Assembly: GCA_965204215.1 (NCBI GenBank)
Contig: CBDBDZ010000014.1
Span: forward strand, 165,252-229,251
Length of the DNA stretch: 64,000 bases
Direction: 5' to 3'
DNA from: Pseudomonadales bacterium
GTDB taxonomy: Bacteria > Pseudomonadota > Gammaproteobacteria > Pseudomonadales > GM7GCV1
In this document: positions 39,642 to 51,275 of the stretch, one piece after another
Numbering within the stretch: the stretch's first letter is position 1
Layout: each line of letters begins with the position of its first letter
Notes under the pieces: generated by a model
Database searches by the model: none
What the model was told of the DNA's origin: nothing
What the model saw: only the letters and a program-made list of their open reading frames with translations
Translations under genes and position numbers: made by a program

Positions 39642-42560
39642 GTGAGAACTCATATGAAAATTAGCCAAACTCAATTATTAAGAAACATAAAGTCTTTATA
39701 TATTGCCTTGACTGCATTAGTGCTATCAAGTTGTACCACGCAGCAACTGCCTCAACAGGTTAAACCTGAGTTGCCAAATGGCATTAGTTTTATCGAAAAA
39801 ATAACGGCTTCGGACAATCAACAAATTGTCATTCCTTATGAAAAATACTTGTTGGATAACGGTTTAACTGTCATTTTGCATCAAGACAATTCAGACCCAC
39901 TGGTGCATGTAGATATTACCTACCACGTTGGTTCAGCGCGAGAGGAAATTGGCAAGTCTGGTTTTGCACATTTTTTTGAACATATGCAATTCCAGGGTTC
40001 TGAAAATGTGGCTGATGAAGAGCATTTCAAAATTATTTCTGAATCTGGTGGTACGCTAAATGGTACCACTAACCGCGATAGAACCAATTACTACGAAACC
40101 GTTCCCTCTAACCAATTGGAAAAAGTTTTGTGGCTAGAGTCTGACCGTATGGGTTATTTCCTGGATGCCGTCACTCAAGAAAAGTTTGAAGTACAACGTG
40201 AAACTGTCAAAAATGAACGTGGTCAGCGCTACGACAATCGCCCTTATGGACTGGTTTTTGAAAAAATCTCACAAGCGCTATACCCAGAAGGTCACCCTTA
40301 CTCCTGGACAACCATAGGTTATATTGAAGATTTGAATCGCGTGAATGTAAATGATTTGAAAAAATTCTTTTTGCGTTGGTACGGCCCCAATAATGCAACG
40401 CTAACGATTGGGGGTGACATTGATAAAGACCAAACCTTGCAATGGGTAAGGCGGTATTTTAGTGATATTCCCAGAGGACCAGAAGTTGTCAAGGTCGATA
40501 TTGACGCGGTGACATTGGACAATAATCGCTATATTTCCTATGAAGACAATATAAACCTTCCGCTACTTTATCTGAGTTTCCCCACTGTTTATCTTCGCCA
40601 CCCCGATGAGGCAGCATTGGATGTGCTGTCCAATATTTTAGGGGAAGGAGAGTCTTCGATTTTTTACAAAAATCTTGTTAAAAATGGGTTGGCAGTCAAT
40701 GCAGGAGCATCGCATCCCTGCTCGGAATTATCTTGTACTTTTAATATTTTTGCCTTACCAAACCCTGGCATCAGCAACGAACTGTCCAGGATGGAAGACG
40801 TTATTCGCCAATCGCTCTTAGAGTTTGAACAACGCGGTGTTAATGATGATGATTTAGCCAGAGTCAAAGGGCTTATCATCTCATCCATGGTATATGGTTT
40901 GGAAAGCGTTAGTGGCAAAGTCTCGCAACTAGCGAACTATGAGACTTTTACTGGCAATCCCAATTACGTACAAGAAGATATTGAACGCTATAACAATATC
41001 ACTAAGGAAGATGTGATGAGAGTGTTTGAGCAATATATCAAAAACAGCCCTGCAGTCATTTTAAGTGTAGTGCCCAAAGGGCAATTACAACTTGTTGCCA
41101 ATACTGACACTTTTATTTATCAAGATCGCACGCTACCTGAATATGAAACCACCAATGCAGAAGATTTAGAGCTTCGTGTAGCCAAAAGCCATTTTGACAG
41201 AAGTGTAATACCTGCCGCTGGAGCTAACCCCAGTTTGAAAGCACCTGATGTCTGGCGTGCTACACTTGACAATGGTATTCAAGTTGTAGGTTCTGTTAAC
41301 AGTGAAGTGCCGACAACGGCTATGAAAATTAATTTCAGCATTGGACAACGCTATGAAAATCTTGACCAGCTTGGTCTGGCAGCATTGACAGCGGCTATGC
41401 TAAACGAGTCTACTCAATTGTCAAGTAATGAGGAAGTAAGCAATCGGCTACAACAAATGGGTTCTAGCGTTTCCATTAGCAGTGAAGATTTTTATACCGT
41501 TACTTCTATTAAAAGTTTGACCGATAATTTAATGGACACTCTAAATCTTGCATCGGAGCATTTATTAAAACCAAAATTCGATTCTCAGGAGTTTGGTAAG
41601 GTCAAAGACCAAATTATTCAAAGTATTGAAGCGAACAAAAAGGAAGCGTCCGTTACAGCTAATCAAGTTATGCATCAGTTGTTATTTGGCAACAATAACA
41701 GTTTTGCCTTCCCTGATTCGGGAAGTATAGAAAGTGTTGAAAAACTTCAACTGCAAGATGTTAAACAATTCTATAACCGACACTATCACCCCGATAAAGC
41801 TTGGGTTATGGTGGTCTCCAGTTTACCCAAAGAAGCCATTTTGGAGCGTTTGAATTGGTTAGGAAACTGGCAAACAAATACTGAGTCTCCACCTGAGCCT
41901 GCTATAGCAAAATTTCCAGATATTGAACCTTCCACGTTGTATTTTATTGATAAACCCAATGCTGCCCAATCTGAAATTCGTATTTTTAAGCAGGCATTAC
42001 CTTATGATGCGCTGGGTGAATACTACCGTGCAGATTTAATGAATTACGCACTGGGTGAAGCCTTTAATTCTCGAATTAACCTGAACCTGCGCGAAGACAA
42101 AGGCTACACCTACGGTGCCAGAGGTTATTTTATAGGTACCAAACAATATGGTTATTATGTTGCTCGTAGCGGTGTTCGCAGTAATGTTACGCTGGAATCA
42201 TTACAAGAAATACTAAAAGAGCTCAGCCAATATCACGCAACAGGTCCTGTCAAAGAAGAGTGGCTGTTTACACAAAACTCCATTGGACAACGTGACGCCA
42301 GAGCTTTTGAAACGCCCTCGCAAAAACTCGATTTTCTCGACAAAATTTACCGCTACCAGTTAGAGCCTGATTTTATTGAGCAACAACAAGACATTTTAAA
42401 CAATATGAGTCTTGAAGGGGCGGCAAAGTTGGCCTCCAAATATCTGGACCCTGCAAGCATGGGAGTTCTTATTGTTGGCGACAAGCAAACCGTATTACCG
42501 AAGCTGCAATCGCTTGATTACACTATCGTTGAATTAGACTCAGAGGGAAATCGTTTGTAG
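39642..42560 (+). CDS. M16-family zinc protease (single-chain, PqqL-like) with a lipoprotein signal
   Basis: Inverted zincin motif HFFEH, NGTTNRDRTNY and LNLREDKGYTYGA; lipobox LSSC. Confidence 0.92.
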   Translation: MRTHMKISQTQLLRNIKSLYIALTALVLSSCTTQQLPQQVKPELPNGISFIEKITASDNQQIVIPYEKYLLDNGLTVILHQDNSDPLVHVDITYHVGSAREEIGKSGFAHFFEHMQFQGSENVADEEHFKIISESGGTLNGTTNRDRTNYYETVPSNQLEKVLWLESDRMGYFLDAVTQEKFEVQRETVKNERGQRYDNRPYGLVFEKISQALYPEGHPYSWTTIGYIEDLNRVNVNDLKKFFLRWYGPNNATLTIGGDIDKDQTLQWVRRYFSDIPRGPEVVKVDIDAVTLDNNRYISYEDNINLPLLYLSFPTVYLRHPDEAALDVLSNILGEGESSIFYKNLVKNGLAVNAGASHPCSELSCTFNIFALPNPGISNELSRMEDVIRQSLLEFEQRGVNDDDLARVKGLIISSMVYGLESVSGKVSQLANYETFTGNPNYVQEDIERYNNITKEDVMRVFEQYIKNSPAVILSVVPKGQLQLVANTDTFIYQDRTLPEYETTNAEDLELRVAKSHFDRSVIPAAGANPSLKAPDVWRATLDNGIQVVGSVNSEVPTTAMKINFSIGQRYENLDQLGLAALTAAMLNESTQLSSNEEVSNRLQQMGSSVSISSEDFYTVTSIKSLTDNLMDTLNLASEHLLKPKFDSQEFGKVKDQIIQSIEANKKEASVTANQVMHQLLFGNNNSFAFPDSGSIESVEKLQLQDVKQFYNRHYHPDKAWVMVVSSLPKEAILERLNWLGNWQTNTESPPEPAIAKFPDIEPSTLYFIDKPNAAQSEIRIFKQALPYDALGEYYRADLMNYALGEAFNSRINLNLREDKGYTYGARGYFIGTKQYGYYVARSGVRSNVTLESLQEILKELSQYHATGPVKEEWLFTQNSIGQRDARAFETPSQKLDFLDKIYRYQLEPDFIEQQQDILNNMSLEGAAKLASKYLDPASMGVLIVGDKQTVLPKLQSLDYTIVELDSEGNRL

Positions 42561-43705
42561 CTATACAGGCTCCATAACAGAGCTACAGCACAGGTCCAAT
42601 ACAATATTGTACCTCCAAATAGGGTAACTAATAGCCCTCCTCCAACGCCGCCAGCAAACAGACCCAGGAATTGAAAAGTGCTGAAAATTCCCATGGTTGC
42701 GCCGCGTAATTCCTCGCTGCATTGTTGGCTGGTTTGGGAAGGTAATTTTGCCTCTAAAAAGCAGAAACCTGCAAAAAACAGGAATAACCCTAATATAAAT
42801 AAGCAACGATTAAAATCTATAGCCATTAGCAATAATCCCAAAGACACTATTGTAAATGCCATTGCGTTGTTATTATGCTTGACTAATCTGGTTTCACTTA
42901 ACCGAATTAACGGCAGTGTTATTAGAAAACTTGTGCCGATTACATAAAGGTAAAACTGCCAATGTTCGTTGGTACTGTAACCCAATTTAACAAGCGTTAA
43001 CGGTATGACCAGCCACAGCGACATTTGCATAAAGTGTAAAATGGACACTGATAAATTAAAGTGCATTAGTTGACGATTGCTTAGGATATTGTCAACAATG
43101 CTTTTATTGAGTTGATTTAAAGCAGTGATTTCGGTTGATTGAGTCGGGTTTTTTGATGGAACCTTAATGGCAATAATCAGTATACAAATAGCGCCAAGTA
43201 TGGAGCATAACCAAAAGACATTGGCAAAATTGTATTGGCTAGCTATCCAGGGGCCGAGTACCAGCGCAATACCAAAAGAAAGCCCAATTGAACCGCCAAT
43301 TATTGCCATGGCAATACTGCGGTTTTCTGCGCGAATTAATTCGCTTGTTAGTGCCAGCAATACACCTGCTACAGCGCCCATTCCCTGAATGGCTCTGCCG
43401 AATATTAATTGGTCGAGTGACTGAGCATCAGCACAGATTATGCTACCTGCAGTAAATAGGCTAAAACCTATTAACAAAACCTTTTTTCGACCCCAATAAT
43501 CAGACAATAGTCCCATAGGTAATAACAATAAGGCCTGGGTCAGCCCTAATATTCCCAATGCTATACCCACTTTCATCGGGGTGAATCCATCCATTTGTTC
43601 TGCATACAATGCCAATATTGGAATGGCGATAAATACACCTATCATCCGACTAAAGTAGATGCTAACTAATACAAAAATGGACTGTTTTTCCTGCGCTGAA
43701 AACAT
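42518..43705 (-). CDS. MFS transporter (YajR-like)
   Basis: About 12 TMs, motif A (GLLSDYWGRKK) and GRAIQGMGA. Confidence 0.9.
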   Translation of the reverse strand: MFSAQEKQSIFVLVSIYFSRMIGVFIAIPILALYAEQMDGFTPMKVGIALGILGLTQALLLLPMGLLSDYWGRKKVLLIGFSLFTAGSIICADAQSLDQLIFGRAIQGMGAVAGVLLALTSELIRAENRSIAMAIIGGSIGLSFGIALVLGPWIASQYNFANVFWLCSILGAICILIIAIKVPSKNPTQSTEITALNQLNKSIVDNILSNRQLMHFNLSVSILHFMQMSLWLVIPLTLVKLGYSTNEHWQFYLYVIGTSFLITLPLIRLSETRLVKHNNNAMAFTIVSLGLLLMAIDFNRCLFILGLFLFFAGFCFLEAKLPSQTSQQCSEELRGATMGIFSTFQFLGLFAGGVGGGLLVTLFGGTILYWTCAVALLWSLYSYKRFPSESNSTIV

Positions 43706-43809
43706 TTTTTATCAGGGCGTCATACTATTTCTAAAAAATATCAATATAATTTGGGTTAAAGTCATCTGTAATACTAAATATTTATTGTGATTGGTATCAG
43801 ATGCCAGAG

Positions 43810-46629
43810 CTAAGTTAACACTTTATTCAGAAAATGCCCTGTAAATGACTTTGAAGCCTTGGCAACTTGCTCGGGTGTACCTTCGGCAATAATTTGACCG
43901 CCGCCACTGCCACCTTCTGGGCCCAAATCAATCACCCAGTCTGCTGTTTTAATCACATCGAGATTGTGTTCTATGACTATCACCGTATTACCCTGGTTGC
44001 GCAGGCGATGTAGCACTTTCAACAGCAAATCAATATCGTGAAAATGTAGTCCAGTGGTAGGCTCATCAAGAATATACAGCGTTTGACCCGTACTGCGTTT
44101 TGACAGTTCTTTCGATAATTTAATGCGCTGTGCCTCACCGCCAGATAGGGTTGTGGCTTGCTGACCTAGCTTGATGTAAGTTAAACCCACATCGGCTAAG
44201 GTTTGTAATTTCTTGTTGATACTGGGTACAGCCTCAAAAAACCTCAATGCATCTTCAACAGTCATATCCAATATTTGGTGAATGTTTTTGCCGCGATATT
44301 GAACTTCCAATGTTTCGCGATTGTAGCGTTTACCTTCACACTGTTCACAAGTGACATAGACATCGGGTAAAAAGTGCATTTCTACTCGAATGACGCCATC
44401 ACCTTGACAAGCTTCACAGCGACCACCTTTTACATTAAAGCTAAAGCGACCAACTTTATAACCTCTGGCCCTTGATTCTGGAGTGGCAGCAAAAATATCC
44501 CGGATATTGGTAAATAACCCTGTGTAAGTTGCGGGGTTGGAGCGCGGTGTTCTGCCAATCGGCCCCTGGTCTATATTGACGCAATTAATAAAATGTTGCA
44601 GGCCACTAATGTCGTTATAAGTGGAAGCACTAAGGGTAGTGGCTTTGTTTAACTCTGTTGCAGCAAGGGGGTATAGGGTGTGGTTAATCAGTGTCGACTT
44701 GCCTGAACCTGAAACACCGGTAATACACACAAACAAGCCCACGGGGATGGATAAGTCAATGGCTTGTAGATTGTTGCCTGAAGCACCCTTGATTGTCAGT
44801 TTCTTCGCATTGGATTTTAGACGTTTTTTGGGGATGGCAATGCTGCGTCTGCCCGATAAAAATGCACCTGTATGTGAGTGTTTACTAGCTTTTATAGTTT
44901 CTAAATTTCCTTCAATTACGACTTGTCCGCCATGGACTCCTGCTCCTGGTCCTATATCAATAATGTGGTCTGCTACCTCCATAGCTTCTTCGTCATGCTC
45001 TACTACAATGACGGTGTTTCCTAAATCGCGCAACCGGGTAAGTGTTGCCAACAGGCGTTGATTGTCGCGTTGATGCAGACCTATGGAAGGTTCATCAAGT
45101 ACATACATCACGCCAACCAGGCCTGAACCAATTTGGCTGGCAAGGCGAATACGCTGTGCTTCGCCACCTGACAGCGTATCGGCACTGCGCTCTAAACTTA
45201 AATAACTCAAGCCGACATCATTTAAAAATTGCAGGCGCGATGCAATTTCCTTAATAATTTTTTCGGCAATAATTTGCTGCATTCCTTTCAAATTGAGTGT
45301 TTGAAAATAATTCAGCGCATCCGTCACGGGTTTTTGAGTGATAAAGGGCAGGTTTTTATTGTTGACAAATACATGACGGGCCGCTTCACATAATCTTGCA
45401 CCATTGCAGGTTTTACAGGCGCTGGTGGTTAGATACCGCATGAGATGAGCGCGCACCGACTCCGATGTGGTTTCACGAAAGCGGCGTTCAAAATTATTCA
45501 CTACACCTTCAAATGCATCTTTACGGATAAAAGTTGTCCCGCGGTCATTGTGGTATTCAAATTCAATAATATCCTTACCACTGCCATAAAGTAGTATTTG
45601 GTGAATATTAGTTGATAGCTTTTCAAACGGGGTATCCACACTGAATTTATAATGATTTGCCAGTGAGGTGAGCATTTGAAAATAATAAAAATTTTGCCGA
45701 TCCCAACCCTGAATTGCGCCTTCTGACAAGCTTGATTCAGGAAACTGGACAATTTTTTCAGCGTCGAAAAATTGTTGTACGCCTAAACCATCGCAGTCGC
45801 TACATGCACCATTAGGACTATTGAACGAAAACAATCTAGGCTCTAACTCGTTCAAACTGTAGTTGCAAATAGGGCAGGCAAAACGCGATGAATAAAGTAT
45901 TGGGGTATTATCGCTGTCTATTTCGCTGACCATTGCCAAGCCATCGGCTAAATTTAACGCTGTTTCAAATGACTCAGCCAGGCGCTGGGTTATATCTTCA
46001 CGAATTTTAAAACGATCCACTACCACTTCAATACTGTGTTTGCGTTTTTTATCCAGCATTGGCACTTCATCCAGTTCATAGGTTACACCATCCACTCGTA
46101 CCCTGACAAAGCCATCGCTGCGTAGTTTTTCAAATAATTGCAAGTGTTCGCCCTTGCGCTCGCGCACCACTGGCGCCAGTAGCATCATGCGTTTGTCTGC
46201 GTCTATTTGCATAACGCTGTCAACCATTTCAGAAACGGTTTGTGCTTTTAACGATAAGTCATGTTCAGGGCAGCGAGGTTCACCCACTCTGGCGTAAAGC
46301 AGGCGCAAGTAATCGTAAATTTCAGTAACCGTACCCACGGTTGAACGCGGGTTGTGTGAGGTGGATTTTTGTTCGATTGAAATGGCGGGCGATAGCCCTT
46401 CAATACTGTCGACATCAGGTTTTTCCATCATTGACAAAAATTGTCGCGCATAGGCTGAAAGCGACTCCACATAGCGTCTTTGCCCCTCCGCATAGAGCGT
46501 ATCAAAGGCTAGTGACGATTTGCCAGAGCCTGACAACCCCGTAATAATTACCAGTTTATCGCGTGGTATGGTTAAGTCAATATTTTTTAAATTGTGAGTG
46601 CGCGCACCTTGAATACGGATGTCTTTCAT
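43810..46629 (-). CDS. uvrA: Excinuclease ABC subunit A
   Basis: GARTHNLKN, two Walker A motifs ([16 protein letters not shown]), LSGGEAQRI twice, and zinc fingers. Confidence 0.98.
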   Translation of the reverse strand: MKDIRIQGARTHNLKNIDLTIPRDKLVIITGLSGSGKSSLAFDTLYAEGQRRYVESLSAYARQFLSMMEKPDVDSIEGLSPAISIEQKSTSHNPRSTVGTVTEIYDYLRLLYARVGEPRCPEHDLSLKAQTVSEMVDSVMQIDADKRMMLLAPVVRERKGEHLQLFEKLRSDGFVRVRVDGVTYELDEVPMLDKKRKHSIEVVVDRFKIREDITQRLAESFETALNLADGLAMVSEIDSDNTPILYSSRFACPICNYSLNELEPRLFSFNSPNGACSDCDGLGVQQFFDAEKIVQFPESSLSEGAIQGWDRQNFYYFQMLTSLANHYKFSVDTPFEKLSTNIHQILLYGSGKDIIEFEYHNDRGTTFIRKDAFEGVVNNFERRFRETTSESVRAHLMRYLTTSACKTCNGARLCEAARHVFVNNKNLPFITQKPVTDALNYFQTLNLKGMQQIIAEKIIKEIASRLQFLNDVGLSYLSLERSADTLSGGEAQRIRLASQIGSGLVGVMYVLDEPSIGLHQRDNQRLLATLTRLRDLGNTVIVVEHDEEAMEVADHIIDIGPGAGVHGGQVVIEGNLETIKASKHSHTGAFLSGRRSIAIPKKRLKSNAKKLTIKGASGNNLQAIDLSIPVGLFVCITGVSGSGKSTLINHTLYPLAATELNKATTLSASTYNDISGLQHFINCVNIDQGPIGRTPRSNPATYTGLFTNIRDIFAATPESRARGYKVGRFSFNVKGGRCEACQGDGVIRVEMHFLPDVYVTCEQCEGKRYNRETLEVQYRGKNIHQILDMTVEDALRFFEAVPSINKKLQTLADVGLTYIKLGQQATTLSGGEAQRIKLSKELSKRSTGQTLYILDEPTTGLHFHDIDLLLKVLHRLRNQGNTVIVIEHNLDVIKTADWVIDLGPEGGSGGGQIIAEGTPEQVAKASKSFTGHFLNKVLT

Positions 46630-46705
46630 GCAGTTGAACAGCGAAAAAAGTAAACTCTGCATTATGGAGCTTCTATTTCAGAATAGCAAAAATATTTTTC
46701 AGTTA

Positions 46706-46873
46706 TTAACCTCGTAATAAAATATCGCTCCTGCGTATTTTACTAGTCACCCTTGAAATACTAGTGAAAATATGCGAATTTTCTTGTATTTCAAGGATTC
46801 GCGACCGAGCTATCGCTCGTCGGGGGTACTTCCTTGAGCCACATATTTGTTTGGTATTTTCATACCAAATTAA
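46706..46873 (+). repeat. MITE-D, long form
   Basis: Aligns with 54676-54842; TTAA ends. The right TTAA overlaps the leuA stop. Confidence 0.85.
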
Positions 46874-48543
46874 TAAGAACTTATTCTTAAAAAGGTATTA
46901 ATCGCACATAATATTGCCTTTAATGTGGCATCAATAATGTCCGAACTGATGCCTACGCCGCAGTAGCGTTCGCCTTTGATATTCATCTGTACGTAGCAGG
47001 CGGCATCGGAATTTACACTGCTGGTTATGGCGTGTTCTGAATAGTCAACCAGGACTAATTCTGTGCCTATATGTTTGGCGAATCCGCTGACAAAGGCTTC
47101 AACCACACCAGAACCTTTGGAATGTATGTGTACGGTTTTTCCATTATGCAAAAGCCCTGCTGCTAATGTGTCCTGACCATTGTGGTGGTTTAAGCTAAAA
47201 TTATCGAGAGCATAAGGTGTTTGCGATTTTAAATAGTGCTCATTGAACAGTTTCCAAATTTCAACAGGAGAGACTTCGCTCTCGATAGTTTCTGCCTGTT
47301 TTTGTACCACTTTGCTAAAATCAATTTGCAACCAGCGCGGTAATTGCAAGCCGTGACCTTGTTCTAATACATAGGCAACACCACCTTTGCCAGATTGGCT
47401 GTTAATACGAATCACTTCCTGATAAGAGCGTCCGAGGTCGCGTGGGTCAATGGGCAAATAAGCTACATCCCAAATGTCGTCATCGGATTGTTTGGCTAAT
47501 GATTTTTTAATAGCATCCTGATGGCTGCCTGAAAAGGCGGTGAATACTAATTCTCCCGCATAAGGATGGCGGGGGTGAACGGGCAAGTTAGTAACCGATT
47601 TTACCACCTGGATGATTTCGTCAATATTGGAAAAGTCCAGCTCAGGATCAACGCCGCGACTGTATAAATTCATGCCCATGGTAACAATATCCATATTTCC
47701 AGTGCGTTCACCATTGCCTAATAATGTGCCTTCTACTCTATCTGCACCACCTTGTACGGCGAGTTCAGCTGCTGCAACGGCACAACCTCTATCATTGTGA
47801 GTATGCAAACTGATGATGACCGCATCGCGATGCTTGATGTGGCGCGATATGTATTCGATTTGGTCAGCATAAACATTAGGAGTTGTCATTTCTACCGTAG
47901 CTGGCAAATTGATAATCACTTTATTGTCAGCTGTTGGCTGCCATACTTTTATCACCGCTTCGCAAACTTCTAGTGAATAATCAATTTCCGTACCCGTAAA
48001 GCTCTCTGGCGAGTATTGAAAACGCCAATGGGTATCGGGTTGGGCAAGCGCGCCTTCTAATACCCACTTTGCACCTTGCACGGCAATATCTTTGATACCT
48101 TCTCGGTCTAATTCAAAAACTTTTTGACGCTGAACGATAGAAGTTGAATTATAGACGTGGACAATGACGCAGCGTGCGCCTTGAACTGATTCATAGGTCC
48201 GTTGAATTAATTCTTGCCTTGCCTGGGTTAAGACTTGAATGGTGACATCATCTGGAATTCTGTTTTGTTCTATCAGGCAGCGAACAAAATCAAAATCAGG
48301 CTGTGATGCTGCAGGAAAACCGACTTCAATTTCCTTAAAACCTACTTTAACCAATAATTCAAACAATTGAATCTTTTGTTCAACAGTCATAGGGTCAATC
48401 AATGCCTGGTTGCCATCGCGTAAATCAACACTGCACCATAGTGGTGTTTTCTCAATAACTTTGTCTGGCCAGGTGCGGTCCGTTAAAGCGATAGGTAAGT
48501 AAGCGCTGTAGCGATGGTGGTTGTAATAGGAATTGGAAGCCAT
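46870..48543 (-). CDS. leuA: 2-isopropylmalate synthase (yeast-like LeuA type)
   Basis: WCSVDLRDGNQAL, SLHTHNDRG, GNGERTGN and FTAFSGSHQDAI motifs. Confidence 0.96.
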   Translation of the reverse strand: MASNSYYNHHRYSAYLPIALTDRTWPDKVIEKTPLWCSVDLRDGNQALIDPMTVEQKIQLFELLVKVGFKEIEVGFPAASQPDFDFVRCLIEQNRIPDDVTIQVLTQARQELIQRTYESVQGARCVIVHVYNSTSIVQRQKVFELDREGIKDIAVQGAKWVLEGALAQPDTHWRFQYSPESFTGTEIDYSLEVCEAVIKVWQPTADNKVIINLPATVEMTTPNVYADQIEYISRHIKHRDAVIISLHTHNDRGCAVAAAELAVQGGADRVEGTLLGNGERTGNMDIVTMGMNLYSRGVDPELDFSNIDEIIQVVKSVTNLPVHPRHPYAGELVFTAFSGSHQDAIKKSLAKQSDDDIWDVAYLPIDPRDLGRSYQEVIRINSQSGKGGVAYVLEQGHGLQLPRWLQIDFSKVVQKQAETIESEVSPVEIWKLFNEHYLKSQTPYALDNFSLNHHNGQDTLAAGLLHNGKTVHIHSKGSGVVEAFVSGFAKHIGTELVLVDYSEHAITSSVNSDAACYVQMNIKGERYCGVGISSDIIDATLKAILCAINTFLRISSY

Positions 48544-48691
48544 GAATAGTTGCAGGTTAAATTTAAAGTGGCATTATAATTCAATGTGGTTAGGCAATAA
48601 CATTATATTAATCTTGTTATTGACTTAAAATTAGATTATATTTCTATAAAAATCTATTAAATTAGATACATGATCTATTTTTAATGAAAAG

Positions 48692-49345
48692 TTAGAATAT
48701 CTTTGATCGCTTCACAAAATTTGTAATATGCTCAGGTGTTGCAACACCATGAGCCAATCTTGGGCAATTGTCTACCCCGGTAATTTTGGTTTCTAAATTA
48801 ATTGTTCCTGCCCAAATATCTAACTCGTAATCAGCTTCGGCATCATTGGGTGGACCTGTGCGTACTTTGGCAGAAGCTTCATTAATAGGCACTTTGACAA
48901 CCAAAGTGGCGTTTAATTCTTGTTGAGTATGTGGTCGAACACCTTTTGAACGACCAGAAATCAGGTGATCTAATAGCAAGTTTAACGATTCCACCTTCTC
49001 GGTGCCCGTAACTTTTTCAGCTTTCCCGAACAGTATTGCAGAACGATAATTAACAGAGTGATGAAACCCAGAGCGCGCCAAAACGATGCCATCAAGTAGA
49101 GTCACAGTAATACAGATAATCTGTCCGTTTAGCATGGTATTCATCATTTGGTTGTGCAGGTGACCATGAAAGTAAATGGCATCGCCTATGCGCACATAAG
49201 CAGTAGGAATGACTCGCGCTTCAGCTTCTGCAACAAAACCTACATGGCATAGAAAGCTGGAATCAACAATTTGGTAGATTTGCTCTTTGCTGTAAACGGC
49301 ATTTTTCTTGCCGCGAACCAATGTAGTTTTTGGGGTCTGTTTCAT
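48692..49345 (-). CDS. Pyridoxamine 5'-phosphate oxidase-like flavin-binding protein
   Basis: CHVGFV...VIPTAY..IYFHG and LARSGFHHSVNYRSA motifs. Confidence 0.85.
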   Translation of the reverse strand: MKQTPKTTLVRGKKNAVYSKEQIYQIVDSSFLCHVGFVAEAEARVIPTAYVRIGDAIYFHGHLHNQMMNTMLNGQIICITVTLLDGIVLARSGFHHSVNYRSAILFGKAEKVTGTEKVESLNLLLDHLISGRSKGVRPHTQQELNATLVVKVPINEASAKVRTGPPNDAEADYELDIWAGTINLETKITGVDNCPRLAHGVATPEHITNFVKRSKIF

Positions 49346-51039
49346 AATCTGCTTGGTTGCGCTTGATAGACCGTTTTCCCCCGAGAAATAGTCTCTATAA
49401 TTTTCAAATTCAGAAGATCTTCTTTGTTCATGGTTAAAGGGTTTTGTGATGTAATGACTAAATCCGCCTGCTTACCTACGCTAATTGAACCTTTGGTATC
49501 TTCTTCAAAATATTGCCTTGCCGCATAAATGGTCATGGCTTTAAGGGCTTCATAAGTAGAAATGCGTTGTTTGGGGCCGATAATATCGCCGCTTCGAGTA
49601 CGGCGGTTGGTCGTGCTCCATAACAACCGTACCATATCTGGAGGTACTATAGGAGTGTCGTTATGAACGGTAAAAGTCATATTGCGTCTAAGGGCTGACT
49701 GTGTTGGGCTGATGCGATAGCCGCGATCAATTCCTAACACTGAATCACGATGCCAGTCGCCCCAAAAAAAGGTATGGGTGGAAAAGAACGATGGAATCAT
49801 TCCCAACGCCGCCATTCGGTCTAATTGATCTTCGCGTACCGTTTGAGCATGAATCATGGTAACGCGTGTATCTTTATTTTCGAGTTTTTCATGGCTTTTT
49901 GCGACTGCGTGAATTAAAATTTCTGCTGCGGCATCGCCATTAGCATGGGCTAGTAATGGCAATTTGGCGCTTAGAATCCTATCAATCATTGCCGTGGCAA
50001 TGTCGGGTTGATAAATTGGATAACCGCGGTAGAGGTTATTTTGACCATGTGGTGGGACCTTATAAGGTTCCGATAAATAAGCAGTTTTACCTTGAGGTGA
50101 ACCGTCCAGTATCATCTTGACCCCGCCAATTCGAAATTGGTTGTTATAGGCTTTAGAGTAGTTTTGCGGTAATTCGCCGTCTGGGTCCAGCATAAAATGA
50201 TACGCTACCGTATCAATGAATAATTTATTTTGATCTGCAGCATAGGACAATAATTTAAGAAGGTTTTCATCCGCAGCACCATCTTGAATGGTAGTAATGC
50301 CATACCTGGCATAGTAATTTTGTGCTGCTATCAAGTTCTCAACACTTTGTTCCAAACCGGGTTGTGGAAATAACTCCCGAATTCCAAAAGCTGCTTTTTC
50401 TTCTAATACACCGTTGGGGATATTGCTATCTTGTTCACGCCGATAAACGCCTCCTTTTGGGTTTTTAGTGTCAGCATTAATACCTGCCAATTCAAGCGCT
50501 TTTGAATTAACAGCACCTAAATGTCCTGACACATGAGTTAAGTAAATTGGGTGTTTTGTGCCAATTTGGTCAAGGTCGTGACGTTGAGGGTGTCTTTTTT
50601 CTTTGAGCAATGACTCATCGTAGCCATAACCTAACACCCATTGCCCTTCCGGAATTTCATTGCGCTGAATATATTCGGTTAGTGCAGTTTTCAAATCATC
50701 AAGTGTTTTAATATTACCCACTGGTGGTGATGACAGGTTAACCTGTGTACTTAGATAGGCCTGAAAGCCAATATGTCCATGAGCGTCAATTAACCCTGGC
50801 AATAAGGCTTTATCACCCAGTTCAATAATTTTGGTAGCATCGTTTTTAAATTTAAGTACCTTTGAACGCTTGCCAACAGCGATAATACGTTCTCCTTTTA
50901 TTGCCACTGCATCTGCATTTTGGTTGCTTTCATCAACGGTAATAATGTTATCGCCGAGATAGATGACGTCAGCGTTTTCTGTATAGGCCAAGCCACATAT
51001 CAAATTAAAAATGAGTAATGAAAAAAACTTAAACTGCAA
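49342..51039 (-). CDS. Exported amidohydrolase-3 (YtcJ-like)
   Basis: Signal peptide, PGLIDAHGH, DGSPQGKTA, HANGDAA and IHAQ motifs. Confidence 0.88.
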   Translation of the reverse strand: MQFKFFSLLIFNLICGLAYTENADVIYLGDNIITVDESNQNADAVAIKGERIIAVGKRSKVLKFKNDATKIIELGDKALLPGLIDAHGHIGFQAYLSTQVNLSSPPVGNIKTLDDLKTALTEYIQRNEIPEGQWVLGYGYDESLLKEKRHPQRHDLDQIGTKHPIYLTHVSGHLGAVNSKALELAGINADTKNPKGGVYRREQDSNIPNGVLEEKAAFGIRELFPQPGLEQSVENLIAAQNYYARYGITTIQDGAADENLLKLLSYAADQNKLFIDTVAYHFMLDPDGELPQNYSKAYNNQFRIGGVKMILDGSPQGKTAYLSEPYKVPPHGQNNLYRGYPIYQPDIATAMIDRILSAKLPLLAHANGDAAAEILIHAVAKSHEKLENKDTRVTMIHAQTVREDQLDRMAALGMIPSFFSTHTFFWGDWHRDSVLGIDRGYRISPTQSALRRNMTFTVHNDTPIVPPDMVRLLWSTTNRRTRSGDIIGPKQRISTYEALKAMTIYAARQYFEEDTKGSISVGKQADLVITSQNPLTMNKEDLLNLKIIETISRGKTVYQAQPSRL

Positions 51040-51137
51040 TACAAATTACCTTAATTAAATTGGAAAAAGGATTGTAATTGTTTACTATAGCTTCAACAAG
51101 TAGAATACATTGTTTAATCATTTATATAACAATCACT

Positions 51138-51218
51138 ATGACAATTCTAAAAGTATTTGCGCCGCTTACATTAATAGTGCTATTGACATTTTCATTTAAT
51201 ATTCATGCTCAAACCTAA
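51138..51218 (+). pseudogene. 26-codon signal-peptide-like ORF, probably a gene relic
   Basis: MTILKVFAPLTLIVLLTFSFNIHAQT-stop has n-, h- and c-regions but almost no mature part. Confidence 0.35.
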
Positions 51219-51275
51219 GCCATCGTTAATTTCGGTTAATGCCAGTTTTTATATAAAAGAGGTTAAGCAAAGATA

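Noticed and set aside
16129-47973. Many antisense or alternative-frame ORFs of 60-146 aa inside housekeeping genes
   Set aside because: These are shadow ORFs of conserved genes with no independent motifs.
48544-48691. Leucine attenuator or leader peptide upstream of leuA
   Set aside because: No Leu-rich leader ORF or terminator/antiterminator pair is visible.
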